Part shown: piece after piece, positions 27,291-40,400 of the stretch | Layout of the letters: each line of letters starts with the position of its first letter | Position numbering within the stretch: position 1 is the first letter of the stretch | Assembly (NCBI GenBank): GCA_012295275.1 | Contig: CM022672.1 | Span: 8,370,001-8,434,000, forward strand | Direction: 5' to 3' | Source of the DNA: Chrysomallon squamiferum | Lineage: Eukaryota; Animalia; Mollusca | DNA: 64,000 bases | Notes under the pieces: model-generated | Database searches by the model: none | The model's input: only the letters and a program-made list of their open reading frames with translations | What the model was told of the DNA's origin: nothing | Position numbers and translations under genes: made by a program

Positions 27291-27404
27291 ATTTTCCTGA
27301 ATGTTTTCCTTTCTTTCTTTCATTCTTTATTTTCTTGAATGTTTTCCTTTCTTTCTTTCATTCTTTATTTTCTTGAATGTTTTTCTTTCTTTCTTTCCTT
27401 CTTA
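27291..27404. repeat. Tandem repeat, 38 bp x 3
   Basis: attttcttgaatgttttcctttctttctttcattcttt starting at 27291, 27329 and 27367. Confidence 0.9.
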
Positions 27405-28756
27405 ATTTTTTAAAGATTTTTATTTCTTCTTAAACTTTCTATTTTAATTTTTAATCTCCTGTTAATAAGGATTTTTTGGGGGGTTTGGGGTTTTGGTTTA
27501 TCTTTGATGCGGAAAGCAAACAGAAAATATGTTCTGCTTTTGGAAATATTCAAAACACTAATTTTCAAGTACAAATATCTACAAAACAGAACAAATATGC
27601 TGATGGATGAATGGAGGAAATGACCAATACCTATATTAATATACAATGTATACAAACACATTCGTAATATTTCTGTAATTATTAAAATGGAACTTATCTA
27701 AATAAGCCATAACGCTGACAGAGTGATGTATAATAAATAAAGCCGCGAATGAGATTACATGTTTCAAAAAAAAATAATTTTCAGAATTAAACATCAGATT
27801 AATTAATGTTTATTTAACACTATCTCAGACATTTTAATATTAGTACACGTCACCTGTGGTGTTTTAGATGATGATGAAGTCAGAGAGAGGAACACGGCTA
27901 GAATCACAAACGCGGTCTCTTGTATCGAGTACAATTATAATGCGGACAGCCCTTACCATGAACTTACACACACAGACAATAGGTTTACTATGGATATTAA
28001 GCTGAACCAGACAAGAAACAAATAATCAAAAAAAAAATCCTGCAGATACAGATCATAAAAATGTGTAATCTTGTTGTTAGAAGAAATAATGCATCTTTGA
28101 AAATGAATATATATATATATAACAATTTTTGCTTTCATAATCGTTTTTTTTTTTTTTTGTTGTGTTTTTTTCATACATATTTCAAACGCAGTACTTTAAT
28201 ACGTACATACTAAGACTAATAACTTTCACGTAATTGTGCCAGCTGTTAACAGAATATATTGATTTCGTACAGAAACAGTTCTACTATGAAACATTTTTGG
28301 AAGTGTTTGTGACAAGCAACACGTACATTTTATTAAAACCCATTTTTTTTTTTTTTTCTTACACTTGCTGAATAACGGGAGATATTTTATGAAATACATA
28401 TATCAGTTTAGAGAAAAAGCTTTTCTGAGATTAAAGAGGAAAAATAACAATCAGTAAAGAAAAAACTCCAAGAATTAGATAAAAGGAATCGGTTGAGGTA
28501 TTGTTATTATTTTTATTTTTAAAAACATTCATTATCATGATAATTCTACATCATTACATCTGGTGTCTTTTGATGTGGTATTACTGAAAACATTTGTCAT
28601 GATAATTTGACATTCCTATTTCTAAATGAACAATATTTTCAATAAATCAGCGAAATACTTGAATACTGTGAAATCGACTAAAGGTTCAAACATATAGAAG
28701 AAAGTAGAAGAAAGAAAGAAAAAAGAAAGAAATAAAAAAATAAAAACAACGAATAT

Positions 28757-28794
<38 letters not shown>

Positions 28795-29414
28795 ACATTG
28801 CCATAATCGATTCCAGAACCTACCAAGTTAAACCATTATTTTAACAAAGTTGACTGAAATATACAGAAACAAGTAGCATGTTGTTGTTTTATATGTTTGA
28901 CTAAGCATAGTGGGATACATATTGAAGAACTACTGTGTTTGGCGTTTCTTTATTTTACTCACAACAGACTGAGCCTACGAGAACTACTTAATAAATCCTT
29001 CAGAAAACTTTGAGTGGCGACAAAACTGGTTTATCCAGAAGTGACTTCAGAAAACATAGTGCGTGCATTAACCAAATTACTCGGCGATTGAATCGACAAA
29101 TTACGGCGAAAGCCAAACATTCATGGCGTGCACTGTACAATTAAGACGGGCACGAGTCTAACTGAACCCTTGTTTTTTCGTCCACGTTTTGTCACGTTTT
29201 GTTGATCACTGCGGTAATTTTTTAAAGTCGAGCAGATTGGCTAACATACAAAAATGTTTATAGTTTTTAACTTTCTTCTGTGCAAATATTGCACAAACAG
29301 TGTGTGTCTGACTGCGAAAAAATAAATAAAATAATAAGAAAAAGCAGAAAATCGTTGTGAAGAGAGAGAAAAAAGTAATAATAATAATGATAATAATAAT
29401 AATAATAATAATAA

Positions 29415-29445
<31 letters not shown>

Positions 29446-29629
29446 AAGAAGAAAAAAAACGAAAAAAAATGAAATAAATAAAAAACGTTCATGTCTTATT
29501 TCGGCCTTGGTGATGATACGGTTAAAACATCATTACTTCCTTACTAATTTAATAGTAAGTTAACATATTTACAAACAATAATCCAGTACATTTATCTAAC
29601 ATACCAACAAAATACTTAAGTAAAACCAA

Positions 29630-30020
29630 AATACTAATCTGACACTAATTCGGCACTTTGACTCTAAACCACTGATCTAACCCACTAAGTCTAATACTAA
29701 CACACTAATCTGACATTAATATAACACTAATAATATTAATATAACACACTAATGAGACATTAAAATAACACTAACATGACATTAATATAACACCAGTCGG
29801 ATCTTGACACTAATCTGACATTAATATAATATACTACTGTGACATTAATATAACACACAGACATTAATATAACACACTAACGTGTCGTTAATATAACACA
29901 CTAACGTGACATTAGTATGACACACCAATCTGATATTGACATAACACACTACTGTGACAATAATATAACGTGCTAATCTGACATTAACATAACACTCGGA
30001 CACAAGTATAATTACAGTGT
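29630..30020. repeat. Degenerate minisatellite, about 24 bp unit
   Basis: Recurring ctaatctgacattaatataacaca variants. Confidence 0.8.
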
Positions 30021-31317
30021 AACAGAAATCTAGTAACACTATACAGAGATAGTTCAAGATGTGGTACAAAAAGTTGGACAAGATTTGTAATATTAAGCAG
30101 CCAAGATCGTTCAAACAAGGATAGATCCTGCAACCCGCTGCACTTCATGATGTCACTGCCATCTCAGCTATCGTTAGCAGTAGCTCACAGTCACGCGCGG
30201 ATCATGAGTGGTGTGGTTACAGCAACATGAGAAAACGCTGGTTACAAGTTTTGTTCTGTTTTAACAAAATGAAATTTCTTCTTCAGTAACGTAGCTAGAA
30301 GGAAAGGAGTTATGTGACGGTTTCGTCAAACATTATTAAAATCAGAACAGAGCGTTGATTGTGATCCAGGGGATCTTCGAGAAATCAAGGAAAAAACAAA
30401 AGGGTAAGGTTGAAGTAGATGATGACTGTTTGTTGTCAGAAATTAGTTTCATTCATTTAAAATGACTACCGTTGTTCGTTTAGTAAAAACGCAATTTTCT
30501 ATTTGTTTTCAATTATATTTTGTCATTTTAAAATAAATATTTTGTGGATGAAGAGACAGAAAAAGAAAACTGTCACTGAAAAAAGTGGTCATGGCTACAT
30601 ATGTTGACTAGTCGAGCGCACACTCACTAACGAAGATACGCATAATCTTACTCCTTAGTAAATTAAGCAGGGCGGGATCTATTGTAACATATCACACAGA
30701 CAACGGATTGTTTTGGGGGAGAGGTCAAAAACACTTGGATAAAAATGGGAACATTTCAGCAGTTTTGATTTCTAATAACGATCAAATGTAAGAAGAATTA
30801 TTTAAAACTTATAAATAAACTTGACTTTTGCATGCCTGAAGTTCGAGTACTAACTGTACATTTCCACTGTTATTCTTTCAATGTGTTTGATCAGTAAAGG
30901 AGGAGAAAGGGAATGCGGTAAAGACTTAAATATAAAATCTTATACTGTATGGAACGAAATAAGAAAATGTTTTATGCAAGTGTAACAACAGGGGAGACAA
31001 CTCGCAATTTGACATAATGGTGTTTATTTTTTCACCTCGTCTTCTATTTCTGATAACGACCAGACTGACAACAAAATATCTGTGATGAACAAAGTAGACT
31101 CAGATTTATTACATTAGTCCTATCTGTAAGAATTTATTTAGAAACTATACTTAGAGATAAAGACTTTCTTAACAGATTAATTACTTCCCTTTATAGCACG
31201 AGACGTAAAATTAGCGGTAATACAAGTTAATGTCCCTCTATTTCTGTTGCAGAATGCATTAGTTGTCTTAGACTGGGCTTAGATGGTTTCCCTAGAACGA
31301 ATCTTCGGTGTCTTTAA

Positions 31318-31319
31318 TA

Positions 31320-31383
<64 letters not shown>

Positions 31384-31712
31384 CTCGTCTTGTTGTTGTT
31401 GTTGTTATTGATGTTCTTGAATTGTTGTTACTATTGCTGTTATTATAATTATTATTATTATCGTTGCTGTTGTGGTTGTTGTAATTATTATTATTATTTG
31501 TTGTTGTGTTGTTGTTGTTGTTATTGTTGTTGCTGTTGCTGTTATCTTATTATTATTATTATTATCATTATTATTATTACTTATATTATTGTTGTTGTTG
31601 TTGTTGTTGTTGTTGTTATTACTGTTATTATTATTATTATTGTCGTTGTTATTATTGTTGTTTTTATTACTGTTATTATTATTATTACTGTTATTATTGT
31701 AGTGTTATTGTT
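31318..31712. repeat. Compound (TTA)n/(GTA)n/(TTG)n microsatellite
   Basis: Trinucleotide runs read directly from the sequence. Confidence 0.95.
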
Positions 31713-32337
31713 ATAATTAACTTTTTACAATAACACAGTTATTATATGTGTGACGGGTCTGCTGCTGTCAGTGGGATCGTGCTGGGTGCAGTCGTCTGGA
31801 AGAGACAATTGTCTCCCCACCTCGTGTGAAACTGTGGCGGGTCTGAGCCAAATGTCGTTTTGTATCATATTTCATTAGATTTGTATACGGCGTCAGATAA
31901 AAAAAAATAAATATAATAAAAAAAAAGAAGAGAAAAGAAACCTGGGGTTTGGTATTACTAACATATAGTGGGAAGTAAATCTGCCAAAAATACGTATTCT
32001 GTAAAATTTTGAATATGTTACACAAACACACATATACATACAAACACACATGCACGCACTACATTAACTGTGTGTGTGTGTGTGTATATATATATATAGG
32101 TATTAAATGTATATATGTATCTGTGCACAGAAAATAATAAATCAACACCAAAAGATTTCAACACAGAATACTTTTAATTTGATACGAAATGGAAGTTTGA
32201 TCAATACCTTGCAGCTAGTATTTTTAAAAGATAAACATTGCAAACGTAACAGTTACATAATTATAATCAAATATCTAACAATGACACCATTGTTACCTTT
32301 AAAACTTAAGAGATTAAATATGATAAAACATAATAGT

Positions 32338-32425
32338 GTTCCTATGGCAACCCATGTCTGATTGTGACGTCATAATTATGATGCTGCCATCAGCATTCAA
32401 TGACTTTATCGTCCTGTTGACGTCA
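32338..32425. promoter_or_regulatory. Candidate enhancer: RFX X-box plus two perfect CRE sites
   Basis: GTTCCTATGGCAAC at 32338-32351; TGACGTCA at 32365-32372 and 32418-32425. Confidence 0.45.
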
Positions 32426-32606
32426 TATTCTCGAAACGTTCAGCGAAATAGTGAGATTAGGCTAAACTACAGCAATGGTGGGAAAATACTGACTGTAATA
32501 AGCAGTGATCATTTTTAAGACAAATTGAACATTAAGAATTATAAACTTATAAATACAAAAGGCATTTGTTTTTTCATTTTCAAATATTTAAAAGCTATAA
32601 TATGTA

Positions 32607-32609
<3 letters not shown>

Positions 32610-32680
<71 letters not shown>
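32610..32680. repeat. (TA)n microsatellite
   Basis: Perfect dinucleotide run. Confidence 0.95.
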
Positions 32681-32682
<2 letters not shown>

Positions 32683-33653
32683 TTAGATTATGATTATGTG
32701 CTTCGTAATATATAATGATTATGAATTAACAACAAGTGTTTCAAATTGAAATTTAATCAGCTTGTTCTTATTTTATAGGTTTAAGAAATGGTATAAATAT
32801 TTTATGTACAAAAGAGCAAAGCAATTAAAACGTGCTCTTTAAAAATAATCTTATGAAAATCTGTAATTTAAATGTGGTAAACAAAATTTTAAATGTCTTG
32901 ATTTATAAATTGACAGTTTTGGCGCGACAAAAGTCAAGTGACCATTCATTAAATATGATATTAATTGCACAGCTCAAATACAGACAAAATGGGCAAACGT
33001 TTTACTTTTTTGTTTTTCGAGTTTTAAATTTAAAGAATGTGAAGGACAAAGATGTCTTCTTGTATTTTCTTTTTCGACAATTTGTTCAGTAATTAAAAAC
33101 AATGAAACATTTATACATACCAGAACGGCAGTATAAAGGAATTCAGAGATAGAAAGAGATACATATCAACAGAGAGAGATAGCATGTTAACTAGAGAGTT
33201 CGATAGACATAGACAGACAGTGAGAGATAGATATATAGTTAGATAGGTAGAGATAGACAGACAGAGAGTGAGATGTGCATCCATATTCACATACCGATAC
33301 ACATACATTCATATAAACTTGCATACACACATTCAGACACATATACATTACTGTTTATAAACAGAAATATAATTCGTAATCATACATTCATATAATCATA
33401 CACACATAAATGCATGCACATATACATATATATAAACATACAGACGTTCACATACATACCTATTGCATACAAACATATATATATATAATACAAATATACA
33501 TATATACATACATATATCAAACACACATATATACATAAACACACACACACAGACACACCCACATATATTTATATATACGCACACAGTCATATATACATTC
33601 ACACAATCATGCATATACATACATATATATACACACACATACACACACAAACA

Positions 33654-33691
<38 letters not shown>

Positions 33692-34033
33692 GCACACAGT
33701 CATACATACATTCATACAATCATACATACATATATATATACGCGCATAATTGTGTACACAAACATATTTACAAACAGATAAACAGACGGACAGACGGAGA
33801 GAAAAAAACAGAGAAATAAAATCATATTGTTTATTAATTGTGTACGTAATTCTGATTTTTAATTGATACTTAAATTATTATCTCCTGATCGAGAGACAGT
33901 TTGCTTACAGCCTAAAATAATACATTTGTTTCTTATACATATATAAAGATATATATTGCGTACGTTAATTGTTAATTTATCAGTTTTGAATAGAAGAGTT
34001 TAATATAATTTGCGATATATTCGTAGACAGGCG

Positions 34034-35722
34034 CTACCTTCCTCTTGCCCATTTTTTACCGAATATAATTTTTCCAAAAGCTCGTCTGAAGTCTCTGTTA
34101 AACACGGTGTATATTATTGGATTGAGAGCAGAGTTTGCGTAGCCTATCCAGAAAAACACGGTGAAAACCATTTTGTGAATACAGCCTCTGCAGCACGCCG
34201 AGGCAACGTACAGAGTGAAGAAAGGAAGCCAGCACAGAATAAAGGCCGCCATTACTAATCCTAACACAACAGTGGCTCTGCGCTCTCTCGCCTTGGCTAT
34301 CTTACGTTTGTGTTTGTCTGTGCCGTACTGGTCCATGTCGGTGATTTTCTCATCGTCATGTTTCTTTGTCTTGGGTTTCTTCTTCTGTCTGTTGGCGTTA
34401 AATAGATGACGTGTTATGTTGCTGAGAAATGGAGTGTTACGTTTTTCCTTGCCGGGATGCACGACACTCAGAGAACCGTTTTGTTTCGATTCTATGATGG
34501 TGAACTGGTGGATTTCTCCGTTGTCCGGATCAGCGGCGTTCGCGTCTCGGTCTTTGGCGCCAGACCCGAGCAGACTTCTGTTCTGCTGTTCTGACGAGGA
34601 TTCCGTGTCACTGGTTAAAACTATCACGGTGTTCAGTCGGTAGGGGTTGTCTCCCCTGTTAAACGTCTTCAGGGAAACATCACAGGAGTCCGAGTCAGTT
34701 GAAATGAGTTTTGTCATTTCGTCGTTGTGAACGACCTGTGAGACTGTCGACATTTCCCCCACGTGAGGCGGGTTGCTTTCGCTGTCTGAACACGTCACAA
34801 CGTTGGTCGAGTCTGCTGGTTTCACGGGATTGGGTTTCGCTTGCTGGTTTTTCGTGTTTTCCCCAGCAGCGGGATCCGTTAGACTAGATTCATTTGAATG
34901 TTTCTGTTCTTTCCCGCTAGCCGTCGAGGTGGGCTTTTTAGCAACACTTTTCCTGGCCCTTTCTTTCGCTGCCTGATAAATCTTGTAATACACAAACACC
35001 ATTATAATGGCGGGTATATAAAAAGAGCCAATGGCAGAGTACAAAGCGTAACCTATGTCTTCGCTCACAAAACAGATTGGCCAATTGGAAACGGGTTGCG
35101 GCTGTTTCCAGCCAATCAGTGGCGGGATGCAAACTGCTGCTGAGACAATCCAAATGACGGCTATCATGATTGCAGCTCGTTTTGGAGTCCTTTGGTGCGA
35201 GTAGGTCATAGCCCGGGTGATTGACCAGTACCTGTCCAGACTGATGAGGCAGAGGCTGGAAATTGAGGCAGTGCATAGTAAGACGTCAGCAGCCTTCCAT
35301 AGCTCGCACCAAATCGGCCCGAAATGCCAGTAACCCATAATCTCGTTAGCCAGAGAGAATGGTATAACCACCAGACCAAGAAGAAAGTCGGCGAGAGCGA
35401 GAGAAGCTATGAAAAGATTCTGTGTGGCTTTGAGCGTCCTGTCCGAGTAAATCGCCCACATTACGAGAAAATTACCGATGATAATCATCAGTATTACAAT
35501 GGTTACGAAAACTGAGGCACAGATGATGTGTGGCCATGTGTAACCACTCGGGTAACCAGCCGGATACGTAGTCCAGTTTCCATCAGGAAGGTCTGTAGAG
35601 AGGTTGGCGTATAGGTCAATAAGACTGCTTCTTGTGGTAACCGTCAACCAATCAAAAGTACCGTTGTAGTTGCTGAAGTCTTTGTCTGACATCGGTATCA
35701 AGCTCAGCGTGGCCATCGTCAT
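34034..35722 (-). CDS. Class A aminergic GPCR, alpha2-adrenergic / alpha2-adrenergic-like octopamine receptor type, uninterrupted CDS, 562 aa
   Basis: Seven hydrophobic segments. N-terminal N-glycosylation sequons, YPSGY before TM1, LALAD (TM2), TM3 Asp (ADVLLCTASI) and SLDRYWSIT, TM5 serines (YSAIGSFYIP), long ICL3 ending KRKIAKARERRAT, CWLPFF (TM6), NPIIY plus FNRDFRRAF, and a short C-tail typical of Gi-coupled alpha2-type receptors. Confidence 0.93.
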   Translation of the reverse strand: MTMATLSLIPMSDKDFSNYNGTFDWLTVTTRSSLIDLYANLSTDLPDGNWTTYPAGYPSGYTWPHIICASVFVTIVILMIIIGNFLVMWAIYSDRTLKATQNLFIASLALADFLLGLVVIPFSLANEIMGYWHFGPIWCELWKAADVLLCTASISSLCLISLDRYWSITRAMTYSHQRTPKRAAIMIAVIWIVSAAVCIPPLIGWKQPQPVSNWPICFVSEDIGYALYSAIGSFYIPAIIMVFVYYKIYQAAKERARKSVAKKPTSTASGKEQKHSNESSLTDPAAGENTKNQQAKPNPVKPADSTNVVTCSDSESNPPHVGEMSTVSQVVHNDEMTKLISTDSDSCDVSLKTFNRGDNPYRLNTVIVLTSDTESSSEQQNRSLLGSGAKDRDANAADPDNGEIHQFTIIESKQNGSLSVVHPGKEKRNTPFLSNITRHLFNANRQKKKPKTKKHDDEKITDMDQYGTDKHKRKIAKARERRATVVLGLVMAAFILCWLPFFTLYVASACCRGCIHKMVFTVFFWIGYANSALNPIIYTVFNRDFRRAFGKIIFGKKWARGR

Positions 35723-35812
35723 ACTAACGTCTTCCGTCTGTCGAACTGGATTTAGTTTTCCGAATCATAATGTTCTGTTATGAAAATATCTTCATCTCAA
35801 AGACGACAATCT
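35723..35812 (-). other. Spliced 5' UTR segment of the GPCR with splice acceptor at 35812-35811 and two uORFs
   Basis: Minus strand reads ttttttgtgtgtctattttcag|attgtc about 88 nt before the ATG. uORFs at 35795-35778 (MKIFS*) and 35768-35724 (MIRKTKSSSTDGRR*). Confidence 0.6.
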
Positions 35813-36087
35813 GAAAATAGACACACAAAAAAATAAATAAATAACTGTTAAATATAATTAACTATTAATCTTTATTTAAAGAAAAGCACACAGAGATTTG
35901 AAACAATGGTTCCCAGGTTATACATCGTCACCCGAGATCCTCGAATGCACCGTTAAATCTTTACCAATACACACTATACACACCGCTCAAAACACAAATG
36001 TCTTGTCTTAGGGTTGCGAATCACTGATTATAAACCATACCTATCTATCTATCTCTGTATCTATCTATCTATCTATCTCTGTATCTG

Positions 36088-36182
<95 letters not shown>

Positions 36183-36944
36183 TGTGTGTGTGTGTGTGTG
36201 TTATAATAGGATCGTATCATTATCTTTATAAACAAATATATCACACCTAGTGCAGAGCATATTCGGTTAGAATTATGTTAAATATCGGAGCAGTCTGTAC
36301 AGTGTGTTGTAAAATCTGATTGTTTTTAACGTAACACAGCTGCGTGGGTTTGTCTCTAACAGATATTATGACTGAGATGTCCTTCTTTCAACAGACGTAT
36401 GACCCTCTCTCTGAACACGGATATTAAAATACAGTAGTAGGTGTATATTTTGTTACAGTTCATTAGGAAATGGCTTCCTAAACTAATTTACATCAACAAC
36501 CACGCGTATGGAACGTTCTCCTGTGTATGCGTTGTGTGCTTTTGTAAAATACACACAGAAACAATATGTGTATGTGATTATCCATATGTGTAAACATTCA
36601 TATCTAGGTGTGTGTAAATAAATATATATGCAATACAGGGTCTGAATATTCATTTCTGTGTGTATGTCATTCTTGAACATACAGGGTTTTTGATATGTTA
36701 TGTCATATATATTGTCCACTGAAATATTCACTTTAAAATTACAACCGAACAGATAAATTAATAATAAAAAATAATAATAATAATAATAATAATAATAGTA
36801 CAAACTAAAATTAAGAGTAAAGGAGAGAAAAAAAAAAAAAAAAAAAAAAAAAAACGAAACAAGAAAAACAAAAACAACCAACAACACAGAAGAAAAAAAA
36901 CATAGTAAAACAACAAGAACATAGAAAAGGTCAAAACATAAACG

Positions 36945-36980
<36 letters not shown>

Positions 36981-37395
36981 AAGAAGGGAAAGACAAAACA
37001 AACGATACAAAGAACTAAATGACTGTACTAGGACACACAGTGTAAGTGTAAGTTTCTGTAAGTAAGTGTATCACCCGGCGGCAACATCAAAGACTCAGGT
37101 GTGAAATAAATAATTAACGTGATGACCCAGAGAGAGAGAAAGGAATTCGAGATTAACGTGTGTGATTTATTCATGAGTGAGCAACACGGTTAATAAACTT
37201 CAATTCTCGAGGCTGGATTTTTTCATTGCCTACAGCTACATGGTACTTTCACACAGTATAAATTAATGAAGAAACTGATAACCAGCCCCGCAGAGTATTA
37301 TTATACGTCATCTTAATTTGAATTGGTTATTACTATTATTATTATTATTATTGTTAATATTATTATTGTTATTATTATTATTGTTATTGTTGTTA

Positions 37396-37441
<46 letters not shown>

Positions 37442-40400
37442 GATTTTTATTATTATTGTTTCATAGAGAGAATAACAAGACGAAATAGGAAAACTGTTCT
37501 GTCATTCCCACTTCTTTTATATCTAATCTTTGATTAACACAGAATTAAATATATTATTTCGATAAATACATTAAATATATTATTTTTTATTTACAATCAG
37601 AGAAAACCCAGAAAAAAAATCCTCAATATAAATAAAAACGAACCACTCACCCACCAAAGATGAAACTAACCACACTAGTTTTAGATAAATCCAGAACTGG
37701 TTAAACCGCGTGACCATCTTAGAAAGATAAAAATAATACGTCCACTTTTGAAGTCGCCATCTTTTACAACTGTAAGAGACCTGACTCTCACTTCATTTAC
37801 CGGGTAATTTTTTTTTTGGTAAAGTTCGATTCAGTTTTGTTTTATATTATTTATCACTGAATGATACGATCTCTTCGCGTACAAGACAACGGGTGCTGGA
37901 CACTACACGTATCTGCTACGGACGATCCTGGTGATCAGATATCGACAGCTGCATCTGCCGTGACACAGTGCTTTAATTTAACGTTTATCGTGACACTTTT
38001 CTATAGTCTGTCACTTTGCATGACAACAAGCTGTTATGGTTTGAACGCACGGAGTTCAGACAGGTAATAAAGATAAAAACAGGAGGAAAACGAAATTACC
38101 GAAAAAGTTCATTTTGTATGACTGCAGCGTGTTATACAGTACACACTCTTTGGCCTAATTTGTTTTGTTTTAAGTTAATTAGTCGTGTAATTTATTTACA
38201 AAGAACACGGGAGAAATTTCTTTAACTACGTCTGACACGGTATTTCGTTAGCAGTCGTCTTCCATATTGTCCATTATGTATTGTAATTTCGTAAGTAGAT
38301 GTGTTTTTGTTTCAGGATATTCCACGGCACATTTCACTTATCCAGATATTAAAATAATTAAACTTGTATTAGCTAATAGAAAATAGTGACAAACAGATAC
38401 TGAGATGATATCAACTAATTAGTTAGCTGGTAGATAGATGACAGATTTTGTTTCTATTACAGAGCTATCTAAAGTCGGAAAACAAAACGAGAAATTTAAG
38501 GCGTCTAAAGTTATGATGTGTGGAGAAATGATAACGCGGCATCAAATCATATGAAGAATAAATAATTCTTTATCTCAAGAGAAAGAAAGAAACAGAAAAT
38601 TATAATACTAATAAATAAAGACATAATAACAATGATGATGATAATGATACGATAACAATAATAATGATACTACTACTACTACTACTAATAATGATAATGA
38701 TGATGATACTACTACTACTACTACTACTACTAATAATAATAATGATAATAATGATGATGATGATACTACTACTACTACTACTACTATTACTACTACTACT
38801 ACTACTAATAATAATAATGATGATGATGAGGTATTAAAAAGTCGAAAAAGATATTCACATGGACTACTCTAATCAGTAAGGAAAAGGTATGTTACGTCCT
38901 TTTTACGTAAACAGATGAACACATACCATAACCTTTAACAAACCAATCACGAAACACTGCCAGAAATAAGAAAAGCCCCGATGAGTACAAGGACGAGATT
39001 AGATCCTACAGCCGGACTCTCCTCGGCAGAGTTCTGAACGACAGAACAAAAATACATTTTCTTCTTAAATAGATATTTTGTCAGTGTGAAGACGTACACG
39101 ACATCAACAGATCAGCGAAAAAGGCGATGACGTCGTGCCCAGCTCTTCACACGACAAGACATTCTATTTATAAATGAAACTATCTGGCTATTTCCGTTTA
39201 ACAGCGAAATCTTTGATGTTTAATCGAAGCCGGACGAAGAAGTCTTTCTTGGAGAAAGATTGGATTTGGCTAACAGGGCTCTTTTATTACACGTATATTT
39301 GGCGCAGATGGCGCTGTTAGAAATGTCAGTCAACTCGACAACCGGTTGTAATTTCTGGTTCTCCGTCTTTGACCGCCACAGCACGGCTAGAGGCATCAGC
39401 AGTGAAATTTAATAAAAACTGAAGTCGCAAACTGTTGAAAATAATGAAAACTTGAATGTTACGATCTTGGTTAAATGAAGGTTTGGAAGTTGTAACTCCA
39501 GTAAAATGAGAAAGCCAGTGTAGTTATGCTTGTAGAAGAGTGAATATATGAAAATAAACAAGATTTATGGAAAGAATTTTAAACGTAAATAGTACAGAAC
39601 ATGTCGAATGAAAATTCGAATGTAAAGATCTTGGAGCACTAGCTTTGATAAAAATAAAATGTTTTAAATAAACATATAGTTCGTACTCTAAGGTTTTCTT
39701 TTATCGGATTACAACATTCACATCATATACACAAACGTGACATACATTTATTCATACACAAAATACGAAGAGTTCATGCTTTACATTATTGGCCTTATTT
39801 CACTCCTCTGCGTTTTGTAAAATGGTCATCATTATTATTTTTTAAGCCTGAATATCGCGTATTTTTTAGGCTACTACAACGCACGTTTTCACTCTTTCCA
39901 AGATGCTTCATCACGAATATTTTAATATATTGCCATTCAACATGTACACTCATAGTTTTCTCTCTGTTTTTTTCAATGCACTGGGATCTTTTCAAATTGA
40001 CTTTTTTTATTTATTTTTTATTTATTTATTAGAAAATATGCTAGTTATTTTATATCTTTCTAGAAACCTGTTTTTTAGGGCCATCAAAGGGATACGATCT
40101 ATTACCTGCTGCTCTGAAGGACAAAATCGTATCCATAGTTCTGTTAGTCCGTGCTGCCTCGGGGCCGTGTGAAATCTAGTAAAGTACGACAAAACAAAAT
40201 ATTTTTATGCACCATAGACAAAATATTAATACGTTCATATTTCCCTCACGTCTAATTAAGACTAATTCGTTAACGGAGTAACAAAAAAAGTAGTGCCAAC
40301 GAATCAATCAAATCTACCACAGCGGCAACGACGTCACGAGCTAATAACAAAGATTCCTCATCGTCATTCAATAAGGCACGGCGTCTGTTTGAACAATAAC

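Noticed and set aside
30100-30185. tRNA-like or SINE head fragment
   Set aside because: I could not fold a cloverleaf or identify intact A/B boxes, so no tRNA gene is called.
31390-31733. Cys/Tyr/Leu-rich ORFs resembling metallothionein or shell proteins
   Set aside because: Pure trinucleotide microsatellite translations.
34010-35515. Several antisense and alternative-frame ORFs overlapping the GPCR
   Set aside because: Short shadow ORFs expected from a GC-richer coding region, with no motifs.
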